A stretch of DNA of 64,000 nucleotides from Heterodontus francisci (lineage: Eukaryota). The position numbers and the translations under genes are program-made. The stretch spans positions 96,713,141-96,777,140 of the forward strand of contig NC_090377.1 in assembly GCF_036365525.1 (NCBI RefSeq), given 5' to 3'. Position 1 is the first letter of the stretch. Every line of letters begins with the position of its first letter. Of this stretch, positions 1-12,139 are shown one piece after another. Below the pieces are notes generated by a model. The model was not told where the DNA came from, did not search any database, and saw nothing but the letters and a program-made list of their open reading frames with translations.

Positions 1-2281
1 AATACATAAAATTTCCATTTACTACTGCTTCCACCATACATGTTCATTTACACTAGATTGTTACACATTCACTGCATAAAACAAAATATAACACTGTCAC
101 TGGATCATGATACCGTACTATATCATAACAAGACATATTGCACATGCTAAAGCATATAAGTAGATCAGATTACCAAATGGAAGAGATAGGCTTTTTAAAT
201 GGATAGACCACTGCATATGCTTCCACAAATAATTGTTTTTATGGTTTTAAAATACACACTGTCAGATTGTCTAATTTGTAAATGCCCTTTTCCAAATATT
301 ACCAATTTATGATCAGCTAAGTCTTTTAAGCAAGACATCACTTTTAAAATATTCTAAACACTGCAAAAACAATCCATGATGGTTTTATGAACAAACCACT
401 CTTCATTCAGATGTTTGTGGACCTTTAAAAAGAAAATGTTACATTCACTGTAAGGTTAAAATTTAAATTAACATTATTGCTTGGATATTACTAAATTAGC
501 AAAATTCTACAAGGTATTTGGAAATCATCTGGAAAATATTCATGGGCAGAAAGGCACTCTAACTATTTCATAACGCAACAAAACCAAAATAGTATTTGAA
601 CTCAACCCAAGTGAAACCATTTGCTGCAAAGATTGCCAATCACAATATAATGGTCATAAAGTTCCAGTATTTTTTTCAGGCTTTTTTCTATGCTTATATT
701 AAAAGCTATAAAAAGTTTAAAAGTACATCAAAACCTGCTCAAATTTATGCACTCAAAAATGTATTAATTTTGTATTCCACTGATTCATCAAATAAGTCAA
801 CTTTCAATACACAAACAAAAATGTATTTATAAAACAGCCACAGTACAGAGAAATCACTAGCTAATTCCATTTCAGTGAATAAAATGGAGAAGCAGATAGG
901 TCCAAAATAATACTGCAGCTTTAAGCTCTTAACAAAATTGATAAACAAAACACTTTTTTTATCTATGTACAGCTATTACTTTTGGCATTTTTCCTTCAAT
1001 TTCAGTGCTTTAATACGATATGGTATTTATTGCGTGAAAGCAATTTCATATCAGAGGTCTCTATTCTGGAATTTATCTGCTTGGAACGGTTATATACAGT
1101 ACTACTGTAACAAGATAATTAAGGTTTCATGAAAGTTTTTCAGTGCTTTCAGTCAAAATAGCGAGGTTGAGTAATTGCTCAGCCACTGCACAGAGCAATG
1201 TAATAGTTCCCAAGTGAGGTTTTGTAAATTATTCTGAAGCTTTATCTTGTTGATTTCTAATCTAACAATATCTGAACTCACTTATGTGAATCGCATTTTA
1301 TTTGCATTTCAAATACTGCATTGTTTACTGAAACAGGCTACTTTAGTGTAGCTGTAAAAAAAATTATGACCAAAAAAGACTTTAATTTTATGAGAACAAA
1401 AACAGCAACAGTCCCAATCTGTAGCGTGTTTGGTCCATTTGGCATAGCTGGTCAGACATAAAAAGAACTTGTCATTCCACCTGCTGTGTTCCTGTCACAG
1501 GTGAGAGAATGGGTCCATTTAACACATAGGCTTTGGCAGATGAAGCAGACTTTATCAGAACTGTTCTTTGTGGCAGTTACTCTCTTCATCCTACAGGTGG
1601 GTAGATTTCAACAAAATTGCTATGCATTGTTTAAAGGCTGCCAATGAGGCTGTATAAAAAGGTATGAAATACCACACTCTGCTAACAGAACACTAGCCTA
1701 AATTTGCTGGTACATTTAAAACAAAAGGGTGCCATCAAGTTTTCTTGGAACCTATGAATATTGTACACTGCAATCTGGAACAGTTTATTCACTGTTTATC
1801 AGTAGTTAACGGCTCAGGTGTATAGTTAGTCCCTAGCAACTCGAAAACCGCAAGTTTTTACTGAAGTGCAAATGCATGTTTGTGCTGATTTATTAAGGTT
1901 CTAATATCTTATTTGTGGGGCAAGCAATTTGGCATGGAACAGAATGGCATCCCATGACAAATTCCATGAATTTCCACAGTTACTGCATGTTGAAAGATTT
2001 GCAGCCCAAGTACCACAAATTTGCATAAAATGTCCCAGAGACAATGAAAATGCCAATTTCTGGCAGATTTGAACAATAGCAAATCACTTGCCCTCCTCAA
2101 TAGTCCTCTTTATGAATCAATACCCCAAGTTCTGCTTTCCTCGTAATTCCTGTAACAAAAGTGCCTTTTAAATAAGTGCTTTTTAATACGCAGTGATTGA
2201 TTGATCAATCTATAATCCTTCTGTTGAGCGACAAATCAAGAGTTAGGCTTTTCCCATGCATGTCAAGCGTCCTAAAACCAA
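1..2281 (-). other. ANKRD44: Putative ANKRD44 3'UTR / downstream region
   Basis: Follows the stop codon; AT-rich with no recognisable TEs; minus-strand AATAAA at 1026-1031, 1297-1302, 1784-1789 and 1889-1894. True 3' end unknown. Confidence 0.6.
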
Positions 2282-2562
2282 TCAGAATGTCTCAGAGTCT
2301 GAATCATTTTCATCGTCATCTTCCCGACACACATCCATTTTTCCTACACTGTTATACAATTGTTTGTCGAAAGAACTAATATTGCTACCCGTATTAGGGG
2401 AATCATAGGATAGAGATGTGTTCAAACTGTCATTTTTTATTAAACTGATGCTGTAGGACGTCATTGTGCTGCGAGGACAGAAAGGCATCATGGTAGCCAA
2501 AATGAGTGCCAGACAGTCAGCCACATCTTTGTTAGGAGCACAAGCCAGGGCTGGGGTGTGAC
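2282..2562 (-). CDS. ANKRD44: ANKRD44 terminal coding exon [28 protein letters not shown]...ENDSDSETF*
   Basis: CCCAG|GT acceptor, TGA stop at 2282-2284. The C-terminus NDSDSETF matches ANKRD44 as I recall it; the paralog ANKRD28 ends DSETY. Confidence 0.9.
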
Positions 2563-2802
2563 CTGGGCACAAAAGCAGACAAGGGAACGGTTAGTATATA
2601 AGTCTTATGCAAAAACAAAAAGGGAGGTAAGACAGCAACTCAAATGTTGCTTTCATTAAGTCTGCTTTTATTATTTAAGTCATGCCAAAGTTAGGAGTGC
2701 TTTCAGTTAGACTTAAGAAGTGTCGTAGTATTAAATTGTTATTTCTGGTAGGGTATTGAATTAAATTGAGAGCAGCAACATTATAAGTTAATCCTTACTC
2801 AC

Positions 2803-2894
2803 CATTTTCGTCCACAGCAAGAACACTTGCTCCTTTGCTTAGTAAATCATGCACCACATTTTTAAGCCCATTCCGTGCAGCTATGTGAAGAGGT
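2803..2894 (-). CDS. ANKRD44: ANKRD44 penultimate exon [30 protein letters not shown]
   Basis: TTTCAG|A acceptor, G|GTGAG donor; 92 nt, phase 2/1. Confidence 0.95.
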
Positions 2895-3164
2895 CTGAAA
2901 ATATACATTTAAAATACAAGTTACCATAAAATCAAGAGTTAACATTGAGTTACCAACAAGGATTTGTCATGCAAGGTGATACTTATAGTCATCCATCTGT
3001 TAAATAAAACTAATGACTTAAAAAAAAATTGTGTCAGATCAACACCACCCAAGTATGAGGACAAGTAAACAACGTACATCCAAACAAACTGGATGAGCAA
3101 AGCACATGACAAAGTAAGATAGTAATTGTGTAAGAGAATACATGGGGCAGCAACTAGATTTATA

Positions 3165-3300
3165 CCCTCTCCTCTAAAGGCCTCCTCAAAACCTCTCGCT
3201 CCTAATCCTTCGATTACAGCTCAGTGTCAAGTTCTCCTGTCAAGCATATTGGGATTTTACTTTATTAAAGACTGTATTACTGAAGATTGTTGTTGATTTA
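3165..3300 (+). mobile_element. Degraded L2-type LINE 3' tail
   Basis: Resembles the reverse complement of the L2 tails at 8040 and 56785 (ctcagtgtcaa...ctcctgtcaagc...ttgttgttg). Confidence 0.5.
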
Positions 3301-3401
3301 CCAAAACAGTAGCGCAGAGGTTATGCACGAGTAACCCAGAGACCTGAACTAAAAATCCAGAGAGCATTCGTTCAAATCTCACCATTTGAATTACAACATA
3401 T

Positions 3402-3705
3402 GGCGGTACAGTGGCGCAGTGGTTAGCACTGCAGCCTCACAGCTCCCGGGACCCGGGTTCAATTCTGGGTTCATCCTGTGACCGCGTGGGTTTTCGCCCG
3501 GTGCTGCGGTTTCCTCCCACAGCCAAAGACTTGCAGGTGATAGGTAAATTGGCCATTGTAAATTGCCCCTAGTGCAGGTAGGTGGTAGGGAATATGGGAT
3601 TACTGAAGGGCTAGTATAAATGGGTGGTTGTTGGTCGGCACAGACTCGGTGGGCCGAAGGGCCAGTTTCAGTGCTGTATCTCTAAATAAATAAAATTTTA
3701 AAAAA
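3402..3705 (+). mobile_element. HE1-like tRNA-derived V-SINE
   Basis: A box TGGCGCAGTGG, B box GGTTCAATTC, V-core 'gcgtgggttttc...ggtttcctcccaca', CR1-like tail with (TAAA)n. Confidence 0.88.
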
Positions 3706-4108
3706 AAATTCAGTTTAAAGAAAACTGGAACCAGTAAGTGATCACCAAACTTTTGGATTATCGTAAAAATCCAACTGGTTCACTAATTTCTTCGGGGAAG
3801 GAAACCTGCCATCCTTACTCAGCTTGGCCAACATGCAGTTTCAGTCCCGCATCAATGTAGCTGACTCTGAACTGGCCTCTGAAGTGATCTAGCAAGCCAG
3901 TTATATTAAACTGCTAAGAAAGAGAAGGAATCAATCTGGATGAATCACTCAGCTGCAACCTAAGTATTAAATCGGGACACGACAAAGGCACATCCAACAC
4001 AGTCAACCTTACAAAGTTCGCCTCACCAAATTTGTTTTAATATTCGTTCTTGGGATGTGGCATTGCTGGCAAGGCCAGGATTTATTGCCCATCTCGAGAA
4101 GGTGGTAG

Positions 4109-4311
4109 TATTATGACCAAGGCAGGAGGGAGGCACTGTTAATTCAGTCCCACTTCTCCACAGGTCACAGCATATCAATAAATTTTCACTTAACTAAACA
4201 GCCCATTAGACACTCTATCAGTCCCCAGAATAAAGCACACCAACCAGGTTTCTTACATCAACAACAAAATTAACCCTTTAATATAAAACCAAGTCTTCAC
4301 CAGTAATGAAG

Positions 4312-4345
<34 letters not shown>

Positions 4346-5173
4346 GAATTGAGATATTAAAGCTCCTTATTTATTCCCTAGCCCTCATGCACACGCACAT
4401 ACATCCAAAAACCGGTTAACCAGAAGAAAAGGGATTTTGGTTTACAGCTGTTTCATAGAAATAAAAGGAATTTTTAAAAAACTTAAACTGTAATGATCTG
4501 GAAAGAAGGTCTTTAGTTTGGTGAGATGTCCCAAAGTTGAATAGTTGGATGCCACTAGAAGTCTTTCCAGGCGAGGTTGATGAACAGGCTGTGATGGGTA
4601 GGCATTCGAAGAACTTCAACGGTAGAAGGCTTCACATAGGTCTTCCATCAGGGGTGCAGCAACAGGTGTCAGTTCTCACATTCAATGCAAAAGTCCTTTT
4701 TTAAAGATGCAAGATTTCTGCAAATTCAGGGTTTCTTCAAAAATGCAGGAGGCAACAGTACCACTTCATACAAACTTTTGCTTTTCCAGAACAAGGATTC
4801 TTTACGGAGAGGTAATACTTTTCTGGTTCTTTTTCTGATCTCCAGGCAGGTCAAAATCAAATTCCAATTGCTTGCTTTTGTCCAAATCCACTGGCTTTTA
4901 AAATTCAAAAATGAAACAAAAACCTTCCAGAAACAAGTCACATGCCAAGTCATAAATTCTCTCTTGTCACAAGAGAGGACAGTTCTTAGGTCAAACCCTC
5001 TGCTGGTTTCCTTGAAATTACCTGTTTTCCAATTCAACTTTTGAACTTCCTTTCAAAAACAACTATAAGGTTCAGCTATCTCCAGATGTCTCAATGTCCA
5101 CTGAAATCCTTTCCAGTTTTTAAAAATATAGAATCTCAAGTTTTAACACAAAAAAATGGAAATCTTCGTAACA
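4109..5173. mobile_element. Solo LTR (Gypsy/ERV-like), copy 1
   Basis: Ends TATTATGA...TCGTAACA (decayed TGTTACGA inverted termini); 4-bp TSD GTAG; first ~200 bp homologous to the copy at 8352. Confidence 0.8.
4315..4342. repeat. (TA)n microsatellite inside the solo LTR
   Basis: Direct reading. Confidence 0.95.
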
Positions 5174-8039
5174 GTAGTGAGCCGCCTTCTTGAACTGCTG
5201 CAGTCCATGTGATGGAGGTACATCCACAGTGCTGTTAGGGAGGGAGTTCCAGGATTTTGACCCAGTGACGATGAAGGAATCATGCTTTAGTTCCAAGTCA
5301 GCATGATGTGTGATTTGAAGGGGAACTTGCAGGTGGTGGCATTACCATGCATCTACTGCCCTTGTCCTTCTAGGTGATGGAGGTCGCAGATTTGCAAAGT
5401 GCTGCTGAAGGAGCAGTTGCCAAGGTTCCTTCAACAGCATCTTCCAAACCCACGATTGCTACCACCTGGGACCAGTACCAAAATGAGAGAGGTGTCCCAC
5501 AAACTAATCAAGCAACAGACTGACAAAAGCATGCTAATGGAATCATGCTGGTGTCTGAACTCCTAGGTCACCATCCCTGGGTATCTCCTGTCCCATCAGC
5601 AGCAAATACCCACTGGAGGTGGGGCAGAGTTTCCTCAATATTGACTCTAAACCAAAAAAGACTCATGATTTCAGGTCAAACAAGCACAAGGTAACTTGTA
5701 CTGATTACCACCTACCAACCTCCCTCAGCTGATGAGTCAGTCCTCCTCCATGATCACCATCACTTGAAGGAAGCATTGAGAGCAACAAGGACACAGAATA
5801 TACTCTGGGTGGGGAATATCAATATCCATCACCAACAGTGGCTCGCTAGTATCACCACTGACGTAGTTAGCCAAGTCTTGAAAAACATAGCTGCCAGACT
5901 GCACTTGTGGCAATGAGTGAGGGAACCAACATAAGGAAATAATCTACTTAACCTACTCTTAGTAAATCTACTAGTCACAGAGGCCACTCCCCAAAACAGC
6001 ATTGGTAGATGTGACCACTGCACAATCCTTGTGGAAGCCAAGCCATTTCTTCACATTGAAAACTCCCTCCATCATGTCATGTGGCACTACTACTATGCTA
6101 AATGGGATAGAACAATCTAATAGCTCAAAAATGGACATTCATGAAGCTAGGTAGGGCATCATCAGCAACAGAATTGTATACCACAATCGGTAACCTCATG
6201 GCCAGACGTATCCTTTGCATCTCCATCACCATCAAACCGGATGAACAAAGTTGGTTCAATGAGAAATGTGGACCTGCCAGCCAGGAGAAGCATCAGGTGA
6301 ACCTGAAAATGAGGTGCCAACCCAGGGAAGCTACAACACAGATGACATGCATGTTAATCAACAGAAGCTAATACCACAACCAATGGATCAGGTCAAAGCT
6401 CTGTAATCATGTCATATCCAATCATGAATGGCAATGGACAATTAAAGAACAAACAGGAAGAGAAGATGATATGCCCATCCTCACCCTCAAAGATGCCCAG
6501 CACACGGGTGCACAAAATGAGGCTCCAACATTTGCAATCATCTTCAGCGAGAAGCGAATGATCCTTCATGGATGTCAGTCTTCAGCAAATTTAATTCACT
6601 TCATGTGACATAAAGAAAAGGTTGAATGCACAGACACAGCAAAGGCTATGACTCCCGACAACATCCTGACTGTAATGCTGAAGACCGATGCTCCAGAATG
6701 TGTTGTGTGTCTAGCTAAGCTGTTCCAATACAATGACAATACTGGCATTTACTAGACAATGTGGAAAATTGCCCAGATATGCTATGTTCACAGAAAGCAG
6801 TACAGATCCAACACAGCTTACTTCTAAACAAGAAACTGATGGAAGGAGTTGTCATCAGCCCCATCACGAGCATTTAAACACCAATAATCTGATTACCTTA
6901 TCATAACCTTGTTCAAACATGCATAAACACACTTAAGGCGAGAGGACTACCCTGGACATCAAGATAGCACGAGTTTCTCTGGCAGCATCCTAGGCCCAAC
7001 TATCTTCAGCAGCTTCATCAATGACCTATCCGCCATCATAAAGTCAGAAATTGGGCTGTTCACTGATGATCGTGTAGTGTTCAGTTTCATTCACAACTTC
7101 TCAAGACAATGAAGCAGTCCATTCCCACTGGTAGTAAGACCTGGACAACAGTCAGGTTTGGATAGATAAATGGTATGTAACATTCATGCCATAGGTGTGC
7201 AAGGCAGTGAGACAGCCAAATCATCTTACTTGATGCTGAATGGCGCTTTCACCGCCGAGTTCCCCATCATTAATATCCTGGGGATCACCACTGACCAGAA
7301 ACTCAACTGAATCAGCCACTTAAATGTCACAACCACTAAATATTCTACAATCGGTGGCTCACTGACGTCCCAAAGCCTCTCTACAGCCTACAAGGCACAA
7401 GCCAGGAGCATTATGGGATACTCTCCACTTGCCTGGATGGGTAAAGCTGCAATAACACAGGCTCAACACTAACCAGGTCAAAGCAGTCTGCTTGATCAGC
7501 ACTTCATCCAGTAGCCTAAATATCAACCACTTTCACTACCAGCATATAGTGGTTGCATTGGAAAATATCTTCAGGATTCCTCACAGCAACTTCAAATCCT
7601 GCAAACTCCACCACTTAGAAGGACAAGGGCAGCAGTTGCATGGTAACACCAGCACAATCCAAGGTCCCCCTTCAAGTCACCCACCGTTCTGATTTGGACG
7701 TATATCACCGTTCCTTCATCATCAATGTGTCAACGTCCTGGAACTCCCCACCCAACAGCATGTGGGTGCATCTTCACCATACAGACTGCAGCAGTTCAAC
7801 AAGGTGGCCCATCACCACTTTCTCAGGGCAACTATGGATGGACAATAAATGCTAGCCTAGTCATCAACGCCATATCCTGAGAATCAATTTTAAAAATTGC
7901 AACATTCAGATGCCATTGTATAATTTTTTGGCTTTCTCCCCCACCTTCAACACCGATATTCACAATGGACCTGATGAAAACTAAAAAACTACAAATAGCA
8001 ATAATGCTCTGTAAGTAAAGAGTTCATTTATCAGACAAT

Positions 8040-9690
8040 GACAACAGCAACTTACATTTATATAGCGCCTTTAATGTAGGCGCTTCACAGGAATGTTATC
8101 AAGCAAAATCTGACACTGAGCCTGAGAATGGGATATTAGGGCAGATGATCAAAAGTTTGGTGAAAGACGTAGATTTTAAGGAGTGTCTCAAATGAGATAA
8201 GAGAAGTAGAGAGGCAGAGAAGTTCAGGGAGGGAATTCAAGAGCCGAGTGCCTAGCTAGCTAACGGCTACCAATGGTGGAATGATTAAAATCTGGGATAT
8301 GCAAGAGGCCAGAATTGGAAGAACGCAGCGATCTCAGAGGTTTGTAGGCCTTGTTACGACCAAGGTGGGAGTAATGTACTGTCTTTTCTAGTCCCACTTC
8401 TCCACAGGTCACAACATATATTTTAAAAATGTTTACCCAGTTATCAATTCGGTTAATCATATACTCTACTCTTTATCCCAGAATAAAAAATACACCAACC
8501 ATGTTTCTTTAATAAACAAAATTATCAGTTTATTATAAAAACAAGGCTTATCCAGTAATGAAGCAAAGCATTAACACACAGATTGAAATATGAAATTTCC
8601 TTTTTTAAATCCACCCACACACAAACTGAAAAAAATGAAGAAATTCTCTCTGCAGAGCTCCATGACAAAAACAAAGACAAAAAAAAATACTTTGGCCAAA
8701 TACGTGCTAATTCTTGAAGAGAAAGAAAAAAAGGATATGGAAAGATGTCAGTTGTTTCTTTTGGTCTGGCGTCCGAGTACATGTCGACGGGTCACTGGGA
8801 TATTTTCAGGTGGCATCGAGAATTAATCTGGCAGCTTTTTCTCCAGCTTCTCCGGAGAAATGTAGCATCAAGGGTTTCGGTTATCACACTGAATATGCAG
8901 GGATTTTTCAAAGACAGGAGGAAAGAGGAGCTGATACACTGGAACTCTCAGGGTCTCTTAGAGATGTACAGGAAAGATGAGCTGGGGTTTTTTTCCTTAT
9001 TAGCAGGCTGATCTTCAACTGCTTTTCAAACACTGTCCACACCCAACTGAACCAAAACAATACCTTAGAAGTGAAATCCCAAACAGCAGGTCAGAACCTC
9101 CTGACCACTACAAGTCTTAATATGTCACTTCTCTGTAAACATTTCCCCAGGTCACCAAGGTTTCTGTTGTTTATTTATCGTAAGGCATGTGGCATCCAGT
9201 AAAGGTGGTTTTCAAACACAACATCTGTGTCCTTTCAGTGAACTGTCAACAAATAAGACATGTCCAGCATCTATCAAATCTACAGCCTTTCAAAATCGAA
9301 CCCATTTCCAAAATTTAAATACGAGTCCTCAAAAGATTTAACATAAAAATGGAAGCACTTTCGTAACAGCCTGGAGGTGGTTACAGGGATAAGGAGGGGC
9401 AAGGCCATGGAGGTACTTGAAAACAAGAATGATAATTTTAAAATTGATGCATTGCCAGACCAGGAGCCAAGGTAGGTCAGTGAAGACATGGGTGATGGGC
9501 GAACAAAACTTGGTGCAAGTTAGGATATGAGCAGCAGAGTTTTGGATGAGCTCAAGTTTATGCAGGGTGAAAGAGGGGAGGCCAGCAAGGAGAGCATTAG
9601 GATCATCAAATTTAGAGGCAATGAAGGCATGGATAAGAGTTTCAACAGCAGCTGAGGCAGGGGAGGAGTCGGGCAGGTTGCACAACTTCA
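8040..9690 (-). mobile_element. L2 LINE 3' fragment split by a solo LTR
   Basis: L2 C-terminal peptide ETLIHAFIASKFDDPNALLAGLP...KLELIQNSAAHILT and L2 tail 'catttatatagcgcc'. Confidence 0.88.
8352..9368. mobile_element. Solo LTR (Gypsy/ERV-like), copy 2
   Basis: Perfect TGTTACGA...TCGTAACA inverted termini, TG...CA ends, 4-bp TSD GCCT. Confidence 0.88.
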
Positions 9691-9893
9691 AATTAAGTCA
9701 AAACATGTCTACAGGTCACCACTTAGAAGTGTTAACTTCTGCCCAACTAAAAAGATTTCTGATACGCATTTGGGTTTGTTTGCATTCTAAAAATCGCCCT
9801 CCTCTCCACAGAATACTACTTTCTCTAAAATAGCTACAAGCATTTTGAACTTTTAGAAAAAAGTAAATTTACTGAGCATCAATTACTACTTAC

Positions 9894-9976
9894 GTTTGCA
9901 GAGCATTGTTTGTTGCATTAATAAGGCTTGAACCATCCATCTTCTCAAGGACGAACAAGGCACATTTTTCATGACC
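9894..9976 (-). CDS. ANKRD44: ANKRD44 exon GHEKCALFVLEKMDGSSLINATNNALQT
   Basis: GGCAG|GGT acceptor, AC|GTAAG donor; 83 nt, phase 0/2. Confidence 0.94.
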
Positions 9977-10309
9977 CTGCCAGAAAGGGGCACAATTCAT
10001 AACATTAAGCTGTGTGCATACTTCACATCATGCTTTGAAGCTTTATTCATTGAATATTTTTTCTTGTTCATATGTTGGTTTTGAACTGTGACAGCTTCAA
10101 TTCCTGTTCTGCATCCCAAACAAATTTCTACTTCCTGCAGTTCGATTCATACTCTGCAGTTCTAACATCAGTTGAAGCAAAAGCTTTGAAGACCCTCTAC
10201 CAACTCCCCAAAACAAAATCTGATTTATTGCAGCCCTACTAACTTAATTTTTATTTTCTACATGTATGGCATTTAATAATTTATTCAACATCTTCCCAAA
10301 AGTTGTGAC

Positions 10310-10600
10310 ATCTAACACCAGAAAGCCCCAGGTTCAATTGCTATACGTGGTAAATTAGCTGATATTTGACAGCACAGTACTTGGGGGCACTGCATCAGCA
10401 CTCCTGGTCTAGAAAAACAAAAATTCATAGTTTCCACTTTTAATTGCTATCCAATGTCCTCTGCCGAAAAATTCCCATGTTTGGAAATTGGAGAGAAAAG
10501 GATGAGGCTTGACTGTGATTCAGCCATGGTCCAATTGGCTCCCAGCATACTCGGTCTAAATTCACATTTGGGTGAGAAACTTCAGGATACAATTACCCCT
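10310..10600 (+). mobile_element. Old degraded tRNA-SINE-like element
   Basis: B-box-like CCAGGTTCAATT followed by 'ttagctgat...ggggcactgca...gctatcca', recalled from shark SINEs; heavily decayed. Confidence 0.4.
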
Positions 10601-11029
10601 AAAATCTTCCCCCAACGTGCATTAACACATTTAGAAGAAATATGCAAGGATAAGAATACTGAAGGGGTGAGGAGAAGCTATAATATCCCACAGTAGCAAA
10701 ATAAAAATATACTGCTGGGTATTTTTACAAACTACTAAAAATTATTTTTGTACTGTCATGTGCAGTTTAAAGATATTTTGGTTAATTGTAGCTGTGTACA
10801 GTTTGCCTAGAAGATGATGTGTTACATTTCCATTTACAAATGTCTATAATTCTTCATAAGCACAAAATTAGGATTCTTCAGAGAATGCAAAACAATCCAC
10901 TGCTCCTGGTACTGTCACCGTAGGTAGTCTCAGTCGAGCTAGCATTTCACAGACACAACTTTGTACCTCATTGGCAATAAGGTTTGAGCTCTGATAAAAT
11001 TAGTTCACTTACAGTCGCATACAAGCATA

Positions 11030-11935
11030 CAGAAGGTCAGAAGTGAGGATGTTCGCTGATGATTGCGCAATGTTCAGCACCATTCGCAACTCCTCAGATA
11101 CTGAAGCAGTCCATGTAGAAATGCAGCAACACCTGGACAATATCCAGGCTTGGGCTGATAGGTGCAAGTAACAATCACACCAGGCAATGACTATCTCAAA
11201 CAAGAGAGAATCTAACCGTCTCCCCTTGACATTCAATGGCATTACCATCGCTGAATTCCCCAATATCAACATCCTGGGGTTTACCATTGACCAGAAACTG
11301 AACTGGAATAGCCATATAAATACTGTGGCTACAAGAGCAGATCAGAGGCTAGGAATCCTGTGGCAAGTAACTCATCTCCTGACTCCCCAAAGCCTGTCCA
11401 CCATCTACAAAGCACAAGTCAGGAGTGTGATGGAATACTCTCCACTTGCCTGGATAGGTGCAGCTCCAACAACACTCAAGAAGCTTGATACCATCCAGGA
11501 CAAAGCAGCCCGCTTGATTGGCACACCATTCACAAACATTCACTCCCTTCACCACCGACGCACAGTGGCAGCTGTGTGTACCATCCACAAGATGCACTGC
11601 AGCAACGCACCAAGACTCCTAAGACAGCACCTTCCAAACCCATGACCTCGACTACCTAGAAGGGCAAAGGCAGCAGGCGGGTGGGGAACACCACCATCTG
11701 CAAGTTCCCCTCCAAGTCATGCACCATCTTGACTTTGAAATATAATTGCCATTCCTTCATTGTCGCTGGGTCAAAATCTTGGAACTCGCCACCTTACAGC
11801 ACTGCGGGAGCATCTGCATCACACGGACTACAGCGGTTTAAGGCAGCGGCACACCACCACCTTCTCAAGGGCAATTAGGGATGGGCAATAAATGTTGGCC
11901 TTGCCAGCCATGCCCATATCCCATGAACGAAGAAC
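11030..11935 (+). mobile_element. LINE-A 5'-truncated copy (RT C-terminus + 3' end)
   Basis: MFADD motif and ORF 11187-11645; tail 'gggcaattagggatgggcaataaatg' as at 39430. Confidence 0.9.
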
Positions 11936-12139
11936 AAATTCTGCAAGAAATATCTTCTAGACTTTAGCTGTTAACCTTTGTACATGTTACTCTCAACACA
12001 CTATGGAAGACAGTAATAGAATGCAGTCCAAAAGCTGGATGTGATTTAAATAATTTTAAACCCAGGGGGAGTTTAACCAAGTTTCCACCTTGGGCCTGCT
12101 GGACAGATTCATCCCACCAGCTGCATTCACATAATGGTT

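Larger units (their letters stand above)
4035..5467 (-). mobile_element. LINE-A 3' fragment inserted antisense into the older LINE-A, itself split by a solo LTR
   Basis: 4040-4108 and 5174-5415 are the reverse complement of the LINE-A 3' end; 5415-5467 is a short re-inverted piece. Confidence 0.75.
3305..7890 (+). mobile_element. Old full-length LINE-A (tRNA-like head + single APE-RT ORF, CR1/L2 group), disrupted by nested insertions
   Basis: A box TAGCGCAGAGG at 3310-3320, B box GTTCAAATC at 3370-3378; 3780-4030 and 5467-7890 are colinear with the copy at 36452-39500. Confidence 0.8.

Noticed and set aside
3402-3470. tRNA gene (also at 14235-14306)
   Set aside because: The A/B boxes continue into a V-SINE core and LINE-like tail, so these are SINE heads
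4109-9368. A single full LTR retrotransposon bounded by the two LTR-like repeats
   Set aside because: Each repeat has its own TSD, their interiors diverge, and the sequence between them is LINE-derived
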